From NCBI GenBank assembly GCA_963828255.1, contig CAWHDZ010000017.1, positions 96,001 through 160,000 of the forward strand: a stretch of DNA of 64,000 bases. The letters run 5' to 3'. Position numbers and translations under genes: made by a program. Shown piece after piece: positions 29,401 to 38,493 of this stretch. The DNA is from an uncultured delta proteobacterium. Its GTDB lineage: Bacteria; Myxococcota; Myxococcia; Myxococcales; Anaeromyxobacteraceae. How positions within the stretch are numbered: position 1 is the stretch's first letter; each line of letters starts with the position of its first letter. The notes under the pieces are model-generated. The model did no database searches. It had not been told where the DNA came from and saw nothing but the letters and a program-made list of their open reading frames with translations.

Positions 29401-30381
29401 GTCCCGGTGGCCATCCCGTCCTGGCTTCCCACGGTGCTCACCGGAAAGCTGGAGGCCTTCGGATTGCTCGACGCCATGACGCTGGCCGGGACGCTGCGGG
29501 TGGTGTCGGCCCGCTACACCGAGCCCTTCGACCTCGACAAGCGGATGCTCCAGGTGCGCGCAGGGCCCGCCGCGCCGCCCCGCGCCTACGATCCCTCGGG
29601 GGAGTGGCTCCGCTTCGACATCCGCTTCCTGGTGGACGGCGACGCCCGCGTGGACAACGACCTGGTCCGGGGGCAGGCCCGCGGCGAGCTGCAGCTCACC
29701 GGGACCCTCGCCTCCATCGGCATGACCGGGAGCATTGCCTTCCTCCCCGGCGCCCGGGGATTCTACCGCGGCAACGAGTTCGTGCTCTCCCGGGCGGTGG
29801 CCGATTTCACCGACAGGAACCGGCTCCGCATGGTGCTCGACGTGACCGGCGAGGCCGCCCTCAAGGACTACCGGGTCTTCCTCCACGTCTACGGCGACCT
29901 CGACGACCTCAAGCTCCAGCTCACCAGCACGCCGGCCCTCTCGCAGCAGGACGTGATCACCCTGCTCTCACTCGGCTACACCAGCCGCGACGCCACGGTG
30001 GGGAGCAACCTGGGCGTGGCCGCCGGGACCGCCGCCGCACAGGCCCTGTTCGCGGTCTCGGGGCTCGACCAGCAGCTGCGCCGCTTCATGCCGCAGGGCG
30101 GCCTGCTCGAGGACGTGTCCGTCCGCCTCACCAGCGCCTACTCCAAGACCAGCCTCACCGTGGAGCCGCGCTGGGAGTTCGAGACCAAGGCCATGGAGGG
30201 CAAGCTGCGGGTGCGCTACCAGGCTCCGCTCTCCAACCAGTCCCGGGGCCAGAAGGCCCAGGTGGAGTATCGTCTCGGCGACCGGGCCAGCGTGCAGGCT
30301 CAGTGGGACAACGACAACACCGACGTCGCCGGAGGGGACCTGGGCGCCGACTTCAAGCTTCGCTGGGAGTGGAGCGATTGA
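26437..30381 (+). CDS. tamB: TamB/AsmA-like translocation and assembly module protein
   Basis: N-terminal anchor, long beta-rich body, DUF490-like C-terminus (LTSTPALSQQDVITLL), 1314 aa; adjacent to an Omp85 gene. Confidence 0.8.
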   Translation: MKRRIALGFLAFLAATIGGALWLASTPWAGRKLCDLATTKARQAAGVEVAVGACRVKPLRLAIELDEVRVGPLERPIFAADAVSVKIAPLQALSKTIALDEVSVVRPRVNLVLPPPVAGAKPAPCPPPLLQQFHLHRLQVEDGTASITLPGGEEILVGRVDVRSKSEWIPTDVESLVTGARRSRVTVQLGPTLIEAGGRQTLLDQGSLDADLAFDLSRLSIRDFGLEGEGVKVSAHGTVGNLCKPRLGLEITAQAPLPAIFSLARVRTPSSGSASVKLQVSGPAASPDAAGQLQLSGARIGPYTPGDARAAFRLRGNDLELSSVEVPFPNGAGIVARATVRLGASPTIVAEAESRQVEFAELLSRLGLTDARVMMKLDAKVKLSGPLSPLRLTGQVAVDAQDFRVIDRSWVMWKPGLETVLDLPRGRVEASVVVDEHGVEVLEGGKAIAGDAALGVRGTVSFEDARGFDLALDGGVDLTALRHIASVPMAGKGTFKGRAVATPYGPPRVEGALTVQGFHFLQLDLGEVTATALATPDLVLAIRDGVGRTAESSYTVETTIDLGSTPIRILPSQATARGRMRDLFDVVMPWLPAAKLFQDAIDGSVQLTMPFEGFVPKVNMAFQGTLGRGKLWGREFDWGRIGARVVEGEKAVIDETELHRGEAVARGKGTVHFESPSPWNLSMEFTGLSLDGLDLPGDGWSGTVDGDAEFGGTVDDPVIRFSATGDEVRAIGVPIGAVDAEGVLRGRRLELEAGTAGVKFRAIAQLTGAMPYEASADIDVEDLTRFLPGGPPAGLRAQAHGKASAKGNLEDVLESQARLELDRVRVGYADFRVGNKEPMVLTVVRQRMAVESFTLEGTNTEFTATGARARSGELDFTAAGTLDLRLLGGLLPGIVRTHGRLTLDAAVSGTLDEPMIVGGGRLAEAGFRFRELPIEFAGMAGELTFSQNLVLFERLASTVNGAPTQLRGEVGLQRFVPSQIRIEADLDRVPVAIPSWLPTVLTGKLEAFGLLDAMTLAGTLRVVSARYTEPFDLDKRMLQVRAGPAAPPRAYDPSGEWLRFDIRFLVDGDARVDNDLVRGQARGELQLTGTLASIGMTGSIAFLPGARGFYRGNEFVLSRAVADFTDRNRLRMVLDVTGEAALKDYRVFLHVYGDLDDLKLQLTSTPALSQQDVITLLSLGYTSRDATVGSNLGVAAGTAAAQALFAVSGLDQQLRRFMPQGGLLEDVSVRLTSAYSKTSLTVEPRWEFETKAMEGKLRVRYQAPLSNQSRGQKAQVEYRLGDRASVQAQWDNDNTDVAGGDLGADFKLRWEWSD

Positions 30382-33300
30382 GCCCGCTGGCGGTCCTCGC
30401 GGTGCTCCTGCTCCAGGCCGTCCCGGCTCCGGCTCGGGCCGGCTCTGCGGCGCCGGCGCGTCCGGTGGTGTCCGAGGTCGAGCTCCGCCTCCCGCCCGGC
30501 GAGGCCGCCGGGCCGCTCCTGCCCCTGGTCGCGGTGCGGGCCGGCCAGCCCCTCTCCCCGGACGCCACCCGGCGCACCGTCCAGGCCCTCTACCAGACCG
30601 GGAAGTTCGCCAACGTCGAGGTGGTCGCGTTCCCGGACGGGGGAACTCCCGCCGAACCCCGGGTCCGGGTGGAGGTCCGCTGCACCCCGCGGCGGGTGGC
30701 GGCCTCGGTGAAGGTCGATCCGGGGGCGGCGGTCCTCCCGGTGAGCGGAGAGGCGCTCCTCCAGGCCGCCGCCCTTCCCAAGGGGACCGAGATCTACCCG
30801 GGACGCCTCGAGGCGTCGGCCTCGGCCATGCAGGCGCTGCTGGCCCGGCACGGATACCGGCAGGCCCGGGTGACCCCGGTGCCGAAGGGCGAGACCCAGG
30901 TGGACGTGACCTTCGCCGTGGAGCCCGGCGCTCCCACCCGGGTCGCTTCCGTGGACCTCGGCCCCGACCCCGGACTTCCCGTGGAGACCCTGCGGGCCGC
31001 GGTCCGGACGGCCCCGGGCGAGGTCCTCGACGCGGACCAGCTCGACGCGGACCTGCGCGCGGTGAGGGAGGCCCTGCGAAGGGGCGGCTTCTACCGTGCC
31101 CGCGTCGATTCACCGAAGGTGACGATCGAGGGGGAGCGCGCCCGGATCGACTTCCCCGTGGAGGCCGGGCCCCTCTTCACCCTGCGGTTCGCGGGGGCCA
31201 CGCCCTTCGGCACGGAGCAGCTGCGCGCCTGGCTCGGCTACGAGGGGGACGTGCCCCTCGACGCCGGCACGCTCGAGGCGGCGGCCGAGCGCCTCCAGGA
31301 CTTCCTGGCGGCCTTCGGATTCTCCCGGGCACGGGTCTGGACCCAGGAGGAGACCGTGTCCGGTGGGGTCACCGTCTGGTTCCACATCGACACCGGCCGG
31401 GTGTACTGGCTCCGCGACGTTCGCTTCACGGGGGCGAGGGAGCGCGACGAGCGCTGGATGCGCGATCGGCTGGCGGAGGGCTTCCTGGTCGCGCCCCTGA
31501 TCGAGGCCGATCAGTGGCGGGCCCGGATGGACTCGCTCGCCTACCGCGCCGGGCTGGTCCCGCGCGACCCGGTCCCCTACCGGACCTCCGATCCCCGGAT
31601 GGTCTACAACGCCGAGGCCTGGAAGGTTGCGACGCAGCACGTGGCCGAGCAGTTCCGCCAGGACGGCTTCCTCGAGGCCACCGTCGAGGTGCGAAGGGTC
31701 TCCCTCGACACGGCGACCGGCACCGTGGACGTGGAACTTCGAATCCAGGAGGGGGTGCGCACCCTCGTGGAGGCGGTGGAGATCGAGGGCAATGGCGGCC
31801 TCGCCCAGGAGAACCTCCTGCGCCTGACGAAGATCGAGCCGGGGGACCCGCTCTCCCTGTCGAGGGTGGCGGCGGCGCGCCAGGCCATCCAGGACGCCTA
31901 CTTCCGGATCGGCCACGTGTACGCCCGGGCCGAGGCGAGCGAGGAGTTCGGGCCCGGACGGACCCGCGCCCGGGTCCGCTTCCTCATCGACGAGGGGCCG
32001 CAGGTGCGGGTGGCCGCCGTCGTCGTCGAGGGGAACAAGCGCACCCGGACCGCGCTCATCGAGCGGGTGGTGGGGCTGAAGGCGGGGCAGGTCTTCGACC
32101 CCGAGGCGGCCACCATCGCCCAGACCGACCTGCTGCGGCTCGGCGTCTTCCGCGCCGTGACCGTTCACCTGGCCGACGCCGACGTGCCCCAGGAGTCGAA
32201 GACGCTGGTGGTCCAGGTGGAGGAACGTCCGTGGCAGAGCATCGTGGGGACGGTGGGCCTCTCGCTGGCCGAGGGGCCGCGCGCCGGGCTCGAGTACACC
32301 CTGCCCAACCTCTTCGGGAACGCCATCGAGTTCGGCGCGCGGGTCAGGGCCAACTACCCGCTGGTGATCTTCCGGCCCGATCTGATCGTCATCCCCCCCG
32401 CCGAGCGGCTCGAGTGGCTGGGGGAGCTCGGGCTCCGCCAGCCCCGCGCCTTCGACCTGCGCTCGGTGGCCCTCCGCGCCGACCTGGTCGGACAGCACAA
32501 GATCCAGGCCGCCTACGAGCTTCTGCGCGGCGCCTTCATCACCGGCGTCGACCTGATCCGCCTGGGGCGGATCTCGGCCACGCTCACCGGCCAGCTCGAG
32601 GTCGACGACGTCACCAGCCGGACGGCCTACCCGATCATCGACGCCGCCAACCCCCAGGAGGCCCGCCAGGTCTTTCCCCAGGGGCTCACCTGGCTCTTCT
32701 CGGTGCAGCCGCGCGTCTCCCTGGACCTGCGCGACAACGCCGCCCGCCCGACGCAGGGGCTCTACGCCGAGGTCTCCGCCGACTTCTCCCACTCCATCGG
32801 AAACGCCGACACGGTGTTCCGCAGCGACACCCACATCAACCTGATCAAGCTGCAGGGCACGCTCTCCGGGTACGTGCCGCTCTGGGACCTGGTGCTCGCC
32901 GTCTCCGCCACGGCGGGGCAGGTGTTCCCGCTCGACTCCGAGTCGGTGACCATCGCGCCCAAGCGCTTCTACCTGGGCGGCGGCACCAGCATGCGCGGCT
33001 ACGGCGAGAACGAGATGATCCCCCAGGACCAGCGCGGCGCGGTGGCCGCCCAGACCGCGCGCTGCGCCAGCGTGCTCTCCGGCCTGGGGTGCTCGCCGCA
33101 GCTGCAGGAGCTGGTGTCCCGGGGGATCATGCTCCCCAGCCAGGGAGCGCAAGTCTCGGTGCTCTTCCGAGCCGAGCTGCGGGTCCCGCTCTCCCGGTCC
33201 GTCGAGCTGGGCTTCTTCGGCGACTTCGGGAACCTCTGGTACGACCCGGTGCTCCTCGACCTCAAGATGATCCGGACCAACCTGGGGTTCGGGCTGCGCA

Positions 33301-33410
33301 TCATCACGCCAGTCGGGCCGGCCGCCTTCGACGTCGGGTTCAACGTGAACCCCGAGTACCGGATCAACGAGCCGGTCTTCGCGCCCCACTTCTCGGTCGG
33401 GTTCTTCTAG
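30378..33410 (+). CDS. Omp85-family (BamA/TamA-like) outer membrane protein with multiple POTRA domains
   Basis: TTG start overlapping the tamB stop; signal peptide; repeated POTRA-like units; FYLGGGTSMRGY (RGF/Y lid motif), TPVGP, terminal FSVGFF. Confidence 0.85.
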   Translation: MSPLAVLAVLLLQAVPAPARAGSAAPARPVVSEVELRLPPGEAAGPLLPLVAVRAGQPLSPDATRRTVQALYQTGKFANVEVVAFPDGGTPAEPRVRVEVRCTPRRVAASVKVDPGAAVLPVSGEALLQAAALPKGTEIYPGRLEASASAMQALLARHGYRQARVTPVPKGETQVDVTFAVEPGAPTRVASVDLGPDPGLPVETLRAAVRTAPGEVLDADQLDADLRAVREALRRGGFYRARVDSPKVTIEGERARIDFPVEAGPLFTLRFAGATPFGTEQLRAWLGYEGDVPLDAGTLEAAAERLQDFLAAFGFSRARVWTQEETVSGGVTVWFHIDTGRVYWLRDVRFTGARERDERWMRDRLAEGFLVAPLIEADQWRARMDSLAYRAGLVPRDPVPYRTSDPRMVYNAEAWKVATQHVAEQFRQDGFLEATVEVRRVSLDTATGTVDVELRIQEGVRTLVEAVEIEGNGGLAQENLLRLTKIEPGDPLSLSRVAAARQAIQDAYFRIGHVYARAEASEEFGPGRTRARVRFLIDEGPQVRVAAVVVEGNKRTRTALIERVVGLKAGQVFDPEAATIAQTDLLRLGVFRAVTVHLADADVPQESKTLVVQVEERPWQSIVGTVGLSLAEGPRAGLEYTLPNLFGNAIEFGARVRANYPLVIFRPDLIVIPPAERLEWLGELGLRQPRAFDLRSVALRADLVGQHKIQAAYELLRGAFITGVDLIRLGRISATLTGQLEVDDVTSRTAYPIIDAANPQEARQVFPQGLTWLFSVQPRVSLDLRDNAARPTQGLYAEVSADFSHSIGNADTVFRSDTHINLIKLQGTLSGYVPLWDLVLAVSATAGQVFPLDSESVTIAPKRFYLGGGTSMRGYGENEMIPQDQRGAVAAQTARCASVLSGLGCSPQLQELVSRGIMLPSQGAQVSVLFRAELRVPLSRSVELGFFGDFGNLWYDPVLLDLKMIRTNLGFGLRIITPVGPAAFDVGFNVNPEYRINEPVFAPHFSVGFF

Positions 33411-33435
33411 GCGCGCCGGGGTCGAAGGCTCCCCG

Positions 33436-34095
33436 TCAGCGCGGGAACCACGCCATCACCTCGTGGAAGTCGCGGAAGGCGCGGTGCGGCAGCCCGCGCT
33501 CCGCGCAGTGGTCCACGAGGCGCCGGGTGGCGAAGACGAAGTCGGCCGCGTCGGCGGCGCAGCGGTCGGCGGTCCCGTCGCCGCAGACGACCACGCGGTT
33601 CCCGGCGGCCTGCAGCTCGCGGACCACGCTCCCCTTGCAGAAGCCGCACTTGCCGCACCCGTCCTGGCGGGAGGGCCGGTGGAACTCCAGCGTCATCCCC
33701 GAGGGCGAGCAGCGGGCGCGATTGGAGCGCAGCTCGAGGTGGGAGCGCAGGTGGGCCGGGAGTCGCTCCAGGACCGGCTCGATGTAGACGTCGAGGCCGG
33801 CCGAGCAGACGACGAAGGGGCGGCCCGCCGAGGCGCAGGCGGCTACGAAGGGCTCGAAGCCCGGGCGGAGCACGGCCCGCTCCCGCGCGAAGGCGGCGAT
33901 GGCCGGGGCGTCGGCGGTGATGGGCTCGAAGATGCGGCGCAGGAGCTCGCCGAAGGTGAAGGCTCCGGCCGCGTACTCGTCCTCGGCGCGCCGCCAGGTG
34001 TCCTGGCCCGCGAAGCGCTGGGAGACCGCGTCGCCCAGGTCCTCGGTGAGGGCCGTGCCGTCGAAGTCGCAGACCACCGCCCAGCCGTCACGCAC
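33436..34095 (-). CDS. HAD-IB phosphatase, MtnX-like
   Basis: CDFDGT motif I, CSAG motif II, CGKCGFCK, GDGTAD motif IV; GTG start inferred. Confidence 0.75.
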   Translation of the reverse strand: MRDGWAVVCDFDGTALTEDLGDAVSQRFAGQDTWRRAEDEYAAGAFTFGELLRRIFEPITADAPAIAAFARERAVLRPGFEPFVAACASAGRPFVVCSAGLDVYIEPVLERLPAHLRSHLELRSNRARCSPSGMTLEFHRPSRQDGCGKCGFCKGSVVRELQAAGNRVVVCGDGTADRCAADAADFVFATRRLVDHCAERGLPHRAFRDFHEVMAWFPR

Positions 34096-34097
34096 CG

Positions 34098-35045
34098 TCA
34101 GACTCCCGCGCCAAAGCGGTCGCGCAGGAGCCCCCAGCGGACCCCGCGGTCGGAGACGGTGAGCCTGTCGAACCCGCCCAGGTCCATGGCGGCGGTCACC
34201 AGGACCGCGCCGGCCAGGATCACGTCGGCCCGCTTCGGCTCCATCCCAGGAAGCCCGGCCCGGGCGGCGGTGGTCAGGGCGGCGAGCCGTCCGAGCAGCG
34301 CCGAGAGCTCCACCCGGGTGAGCGTGGAGCCGTGGACGCGCAGTGCGTCGTAGGCGGGGAGCGCCTGGGCCACCGCGGCGAGCGTGGTGACCGTCCCGGC
34401 CACGGCCACGAGACGCGCGCCGGAGAGCGCCCCGGAGGACCGGATCCCCGCCACCTCGGAGAGCGCGCCGCGCGCCAGTTCCTCCATGCGCGCCAGGTCG
34501 GCGGGGGAGGGCGGGTCGCCGGGCGCCGCGCGCTCGGTCAGGCGCACCGCTCCCATCTGGAAGCTGCGCCGCCCGTCCGGGACCGGGCCGCTCCCCCAGG
34601 TGACCTCCGACGAGCCTCCTCCCACGTCGAGGACGGCGAGCCGTCCGCCCGCGACGCCGAAGTCGCCCCAGGCCGAGAGGTGGACCAGCCGGGCCTCCTC
34701 CCCGCCCGCGATGATCTCCGGGGCGATCCCGGCGGCGGCCCGGCAGGCCTCGAAGAACGTGGCGCCGTTGCCGGCGTCGCGGGCCGCGCTGGTGGCGACC
34801 GCCGCGATGCGCTCCGCTCCCAGCGAGCGGGCCTCGGCGACGTAGCGGGCGATCACCGCCACGGTGTCGGCGATGGCGGCGGCGTCGAGCTGTCCGGTGC
34901 GGTCGACGCCCCGCCCCAGCCTGGTGATCTCGGCCCGCTCCACGACCGGAAGGAAGGAGGGGCCGCGCCGCTCGGCCACCGTGAGGAGGACCGTGTTGGT
35001 CCCCACGTCGATGACGGCGACGCGCCCCGGGGCCGGGCCGGTCAT
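34098..35045 (-). CDS. ppx: Ppx/GppA family exopolyphosphatase (short form)
   Basis: IDVGTNT, ATSAARDA, EEARL, DVGGGSSE, RADVILAG, GVRWG. Confidence 0.88.
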   Translation of the reverse strand: MTGPAPGRVAVIDVGTNTVLLTVAERRGPSFLPVVERAEITRLGRGVDRTGQLDAAAIADTVAVIARYVAEARSLGAERIAAVATSAARDAGNGATFFEACRAAAGIAPEIIAGGEEARLVHLSAWGDFGVAGGRLAVLDVGGGSSEVTWGSGPVPDGRRSFQMGAVRLTERAAPGDPPSPADLARMEELARGALSEVAGIRSSGALSGARLVAVAGTVTTLAAVAQALPAYDALRVHGSTLTRVELSALLGRLAALTTAARAGLPGMEPKRADVILAGAVLVTAAMDLGGFDRLTVSDRGVRWGLLRDRFGAGV

Positions 35046-36343
35046 CGCGCGAACGGCCCCCAGGCCGAGGCCGCGATGCCGGTCGCCTCGCCGGTGACCA
35101 CCCGCTGCCGGTCGCCGGCGGGGTTGGCCACGACGAGCTGCTGCTTGCCCCCGCGGTCGGAGACGAGCACGAGCAGGCGCCCGTTTGGAGCCCAGGAGGG
35201 CTCCTCGTTGGTGAGCCCCTGGTCCTGGGTGACGCGGGTGATCCGGCCCGTCTCGGGGGAGATGAGGAACACGTCGAAGACCTTGCGCTCGTCACGCGCA
35301 GTGAAGGCGATCTGGTCGCCACGCGGGCTCCAGCGCGGGGTCTGGTTGTAGTTGCCCTTGAAGGTGAGCCGCCGCTGGTCGGAGCCGTCGGCGTTCATCA
35401 AGTAGACGTGCGGGTTCCCGGAGCGGCTGGAGACGAAGGCGATGCGCCGGCCGTCGGGCGACCAGCTGGGCGAGGTGTCGGTGGCCGGGTCGCTGGTGAG
35501 GCGCCGGATGCCGCCGCCGTCGGCGCTGGCCACGTAGACGTCGGAGTTGCCGTCCACCGAGGCGGTGAAGGCGATGCTCCTGCCGTCCGGCGAGTAGACG
35601 CCGCCGCTGGCCAGGTCGCCGAGCGACACCACCAGCCGGGGCGTCCCCTCCGGCACCTTGAGGCCCCAGATCTCCGGCTTCCCGGAGCGGTAGCTGGTGA
35701 CCAGGATCTCGCCGCCGTCGGGGCGCCAGGAGGGGAGCATGGTGATGGTGTTCTCCCTCCGCAGGGTCTCGGCCCCCTTGCCGTCGGCGTCGAGGAGCAC
35801 CACCTCCCAGGTGCCCCGCCCCTTCCGGATGGCGGCGATGCGGGTCCGGAAGACGCCCGGCTCCCGGGTGTAGAACTGCAGCACGTCGTCGGCGAACCGG
35901 TGGGCGAGCGCCCGGGCCGTCCGCTCCCGGTAGACACGGTAGAGCGCCTCGCGCCCGGCGCGCACGTCGTAGAGGTGCAGCTCCCCGGCCACCAGCGCCC
36001 CCTCCCGCTTCACCGTCGCCTTGACGAGCCCCTCGGCGCCCACGTCGGTCCAGCGGGTGAACTTGATGGAGGAGGCGGCGGTGCCCTCCGAGGAGTCGGC
36101 CAGGAAGGAGCGCGGGTCGAGCAGGTCGAAGATCCCGGTCAGCGCCAGGTCGTCGCGGAAGGTCTGGTTCACGTCCACCGCGTCGGCCTGGGCCCCCGGG
36201 CCCGACTGGAACGGGGTCACCGCCAGGGCGAGCGGCCTGAAGTCGGGGGAGCCCACGTCGATGTACTGGCGCTGGGCCAGGGCCCGCGAGGGGGACAGGA
36301 GCGACGAGGCGAGGAGGGCGGCGGCCAGGAGGAGTTTGCGCAT
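35042..36343 (-). CDS. tolB: Tol-Pal beta-propeller protein TolB
   Basis: Signal peptide, AHRFADD, repeated PSWSPDG PD40 motifs. Confidence 0.92.
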   Translation of the reverse strand: MRKLLLAAALLASSLLSPSRALAQRQYIDVGSPDFRPLALAVTPFQSGPGAQADAVDVNQTFRDDLALTGIFDLLDPRSFLADSSEGTAASSIKFTRWTDVGAEGLVKATVKREGALVAGELHLYDVRAGREALYRVYRERTARALAHRFADDVLQFYTREPGVFRTRIAAIRKGRGTWEVVLLDADGKGAETLRRENTITMLPSWRPDGGEILVTSYRSGKPEIWGLKVPEGTPRLVVSLGDLASGGVYSPDGRSIAFTASVDGNSDVYVASADGGGIRRLTSDPATDTSPSWSPDGRRIAFVSSRSGNPHVYLMNADGSDQRRLTFKGNYNQTPRWSPRGDQIAFTARDERKVFDVFLISPETGRITRVTQDQGLTNEEPSWAPNGRLLVLVSDRGGKQQLVVANPAGDRQRVVTGEATGIAASAWGPFAR

Positions 36344-37107
36344 TAGACCTTGAAGTTCACGCCGAGTCCCACCGAGCGGTAACGCTTGCGGAACTCCTGC
36401 GGGGGTGGGGGGAGGCGGGACTCGCGCACGGCGCGCTCCAGCGCCTGGTCGAAGGCGGCGTTCCCGCTGCGCTTCTCGAAGCGGAAGCTGGAGACGCGCC
36501 CGTCGGGCTCGATGGTGATGACGACGATGGCGGCGAGGTGGAGCCGCTCCTGCTCGGAGATGGTGGCCGGGAGCCGGTAGGAGGACTGGAGCGCCTGGGT
36601 GACGAGGCCGAGGTAACGGTCCCCCTCCGAGGCGTCGGTGGCGTCCCCATCGGGCAGGCCGGAGGGATCGCCCCAGCGCTCCTTCGACGCGAGCTTGTCG
36701 TCCTTGCGCACCTTGTCGAGGGCGCGGGAGAGGGCGTCCGACCCCTTGCCCGACGCGGTGGCCGAGGCCGGTCGGGGCGGCGTCGGCTTGGGCGTCACCT
36801 TGGGTGCGGGGAGGGCGACGGTCTTCTGGGCCGGGGCGGGAGGCCCCGGGACGGGAACCGGCACGGCGTCGGGCGCGCGGGGCGCCGCCTCGGGAGGCGG
36901 GACCTCGCGCCGCGGGAGCCACTGCTCGGGACGCTTCTCCCCCAGCCGCACCAGCTTTGCGACGATGGGCTTCTGCTCCAGGTTCACGATGGGGGGCGGC
37001 CGGACGAAGAAGGCCGCGCCGACGAAGACCACGTGGAGCCCGACCGAGACGAAGACGAGCGGCCAGAGCCGGTCCGGGCCGCGCCGGAGCGCGCGCTCCC
37101 CCGTCAC
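36343..37107 (-). CDS. tolA: TolA/TonB-family energy transducer
   Basis: TM with SVGLH (SHLS-like) motif, Pro-rich linker, C-terminal SGNAAFDQALERAV; between tolR and tolB. Confidence 0.85.
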   Translation of the reverse strand: MTGERALRRGPDRLWPLVFVSVGLHVVFVGAAFFVRPPPIVNLEQKPIVAKLVRLGEKRPEQWLPRREVPPPEAAPRAPDAVPVPVPGPPAPAQKTVALPAPKVTPKPTPPRPASATASGKGSDALSRALDKVRKDDKLASKERWGDPSGLPDGDATDASEGDRYLGLVTQALQSSYRLPATISEQERLHLAAIVVITIEPDGRVSSFRFEKRSGNAAFDQALERAVRESRLPPPPQEFRKRYRSVGLGVNFKV

Positions 37108-37550
37108 TCCCGGCGCCCCTCCGGCCGATCGGGGACCGGGTCGGTGATCATGCCCAGGTTGGTCACGCCGGCGCGCTGCACCGCGGCCATGACCTCCACC
37201 ACGAAGCCGTAGGGCAGTGCCTTGTCGGCCATGAGGTAGAGCTCGCGGTCCTTCGCCACCCGGGCGTTGGCCTTCAGCTTCTCCTCCAGCTCGGGGAGGG
37301 TGAGCCGCGCCGGCTTGTCGTCGGTGCCCAGCCACAGGCTCCTGTCGGACTTGATGGAGAGGACGAGCTTCTGGTCCTCGGCCTTCACCGGCTGCGCCTT
37401 CACCTGGGGGAGCGCCACCTCCACGCCCTGCTGGATGAGGGGCGCCGTGACCATGAAGATGATGAGCAGGACGAGCATCACGTCGACGAGCGGCGTGACG
37501 TTGATCTCCGTGAGCGTCTGGCGGCCGGAGCCGCTCGTCCCGATGGCCAC
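37104..37550 (-). CDS. tolR: TolR
   Basis: EINVTPLVDVMLVLLIIFMVTAP; ADKALPYG. Confidence 0.93.
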   Translation of the reverse strand: MAIGTSGSGRQTLTEINVTPLVDVMLVLLIIFMVTAPLIQQGVEVALPQVKAQPVKAEDQKLVLSIKSDRSLWLGTDDKPARLTLPELEEKLKANARVAKDRELYLMADKALPYGFVVEVMAAVQRAGVTNLGMITDPVPDRPEGRRE

Positions 37551-37559
37551 GCGGTCCCT

Positions 37560-38297
37560 CTAGCTGAAGAAGTGGCGCTTCACGATGTTCAGGAAGTCGT
37601 TGGAGAAGTTGGTCATCTCGCTGTCGAGGACCCGGATGCGCGAGACGAAGAGGTTGTAGAACACCACCGCCGGGATGGCCGCGAAGAGCCCGAAGGCGGT
37701 GGCGATGAGGGCCTCGGAGATGGGCTTCGCCACGGTGGCCAGGTTGGCGTTTCCAGCCTGGTAGATGTCGTGGAAGGCCGCCATGATTCCCCACACCGTT
37801 CCGAAGAGGCCGACGAACGGGGCGGCGCTGGCGGTGGTTCCCAGGAACGGCACCAGCGACTCGAGCTGGGTCACCTCGGCGACGGCGGCGCGCTTGAGCG
37901 CCCGCTCGACGTTCTCGATGCCCCCCAGCTGCTCGGCCATGGCTCCCTCGGGCCCCTTCTTCTGCGCGGTGACCTTGGAGAGCTCCACGTAGCCGGCCCG
38001 GAAGACCGCGGCGATGGGGCTGGCCGGCAGCCCCTCGGCAGCCTGGTAGATGGCGTCGAGACGCTTCGACTGCCAGAACACCTCCAGGAACTTCGCCGAC
38101 TCGGCCTGCGCCTTCCGCAGGGCCAACCACTTCTTGAGGATGATGGCCCAGGAGACCACCGAGGCGACGAGCAAGAGCGCCAGCACGCCCCCCACCACCA
38201 GCCCCGAGTTCATGACGATCTCGAGGTAGTCGATCTCGCCTCCGCGGCCGGCGGAGGGGAGCAGTTCGAGGATCGATGCGTTCAGGGGAGTGACCAG
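37560..38297 (-). CDS. tolQ: TolQ (start uncertain: CTG at 38297 or ATG at 38213)
   Basis: APFVGLFGTVWGIM, ISEALIATAFGLFAAIPAV. Confidence 0.92.
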   Translation of the reverse strand: MVTPLNASILELLPSAGRGGEIDYLEIVMNSGLVVGGVLALLLVASVVSWAIILKKWLALRKAQAESAKFLEVFWQSKRLDAIYQAAEGLPASPIAAVFRAGYVELSKVTAQKKGPEGAMAEQLGGIENVERALKRAAVAEVTQLESLVPFLGTTASAAPFVGLFGTVWGIMAAFHDIYQAGNANLATVAKPISEALIATAFGLFAAIPAVVFYNLFVSRIRVLDSEMTNFSNDFLNIVKRHFFS

Positions 38298-38493
38298 GCT
38301 TTGGCTCCGGGAAAGTCGAGGAAGACCACCGTACCTAGCACGACTTCCGGGGGGCGTCACGGAGGACAACCCCGCGGAGCCAGGGGAATTCCCGCAGGAA
38401 AAAGCGACCGTCGCCGCGTGAGGATCCGTGCCTTCCGGGTCGCCCTGAATAGAATGGCATGAGACCGACGTCCGTCGTTCCGGGAGGAACTCC

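Noticed and set aside
35042..38297. Absence of pal/cpoB after tolB, and of scpAB next to smc, as a novelty
   Set aside because: These genes are often unlinked; absence cannot be judged from one window.
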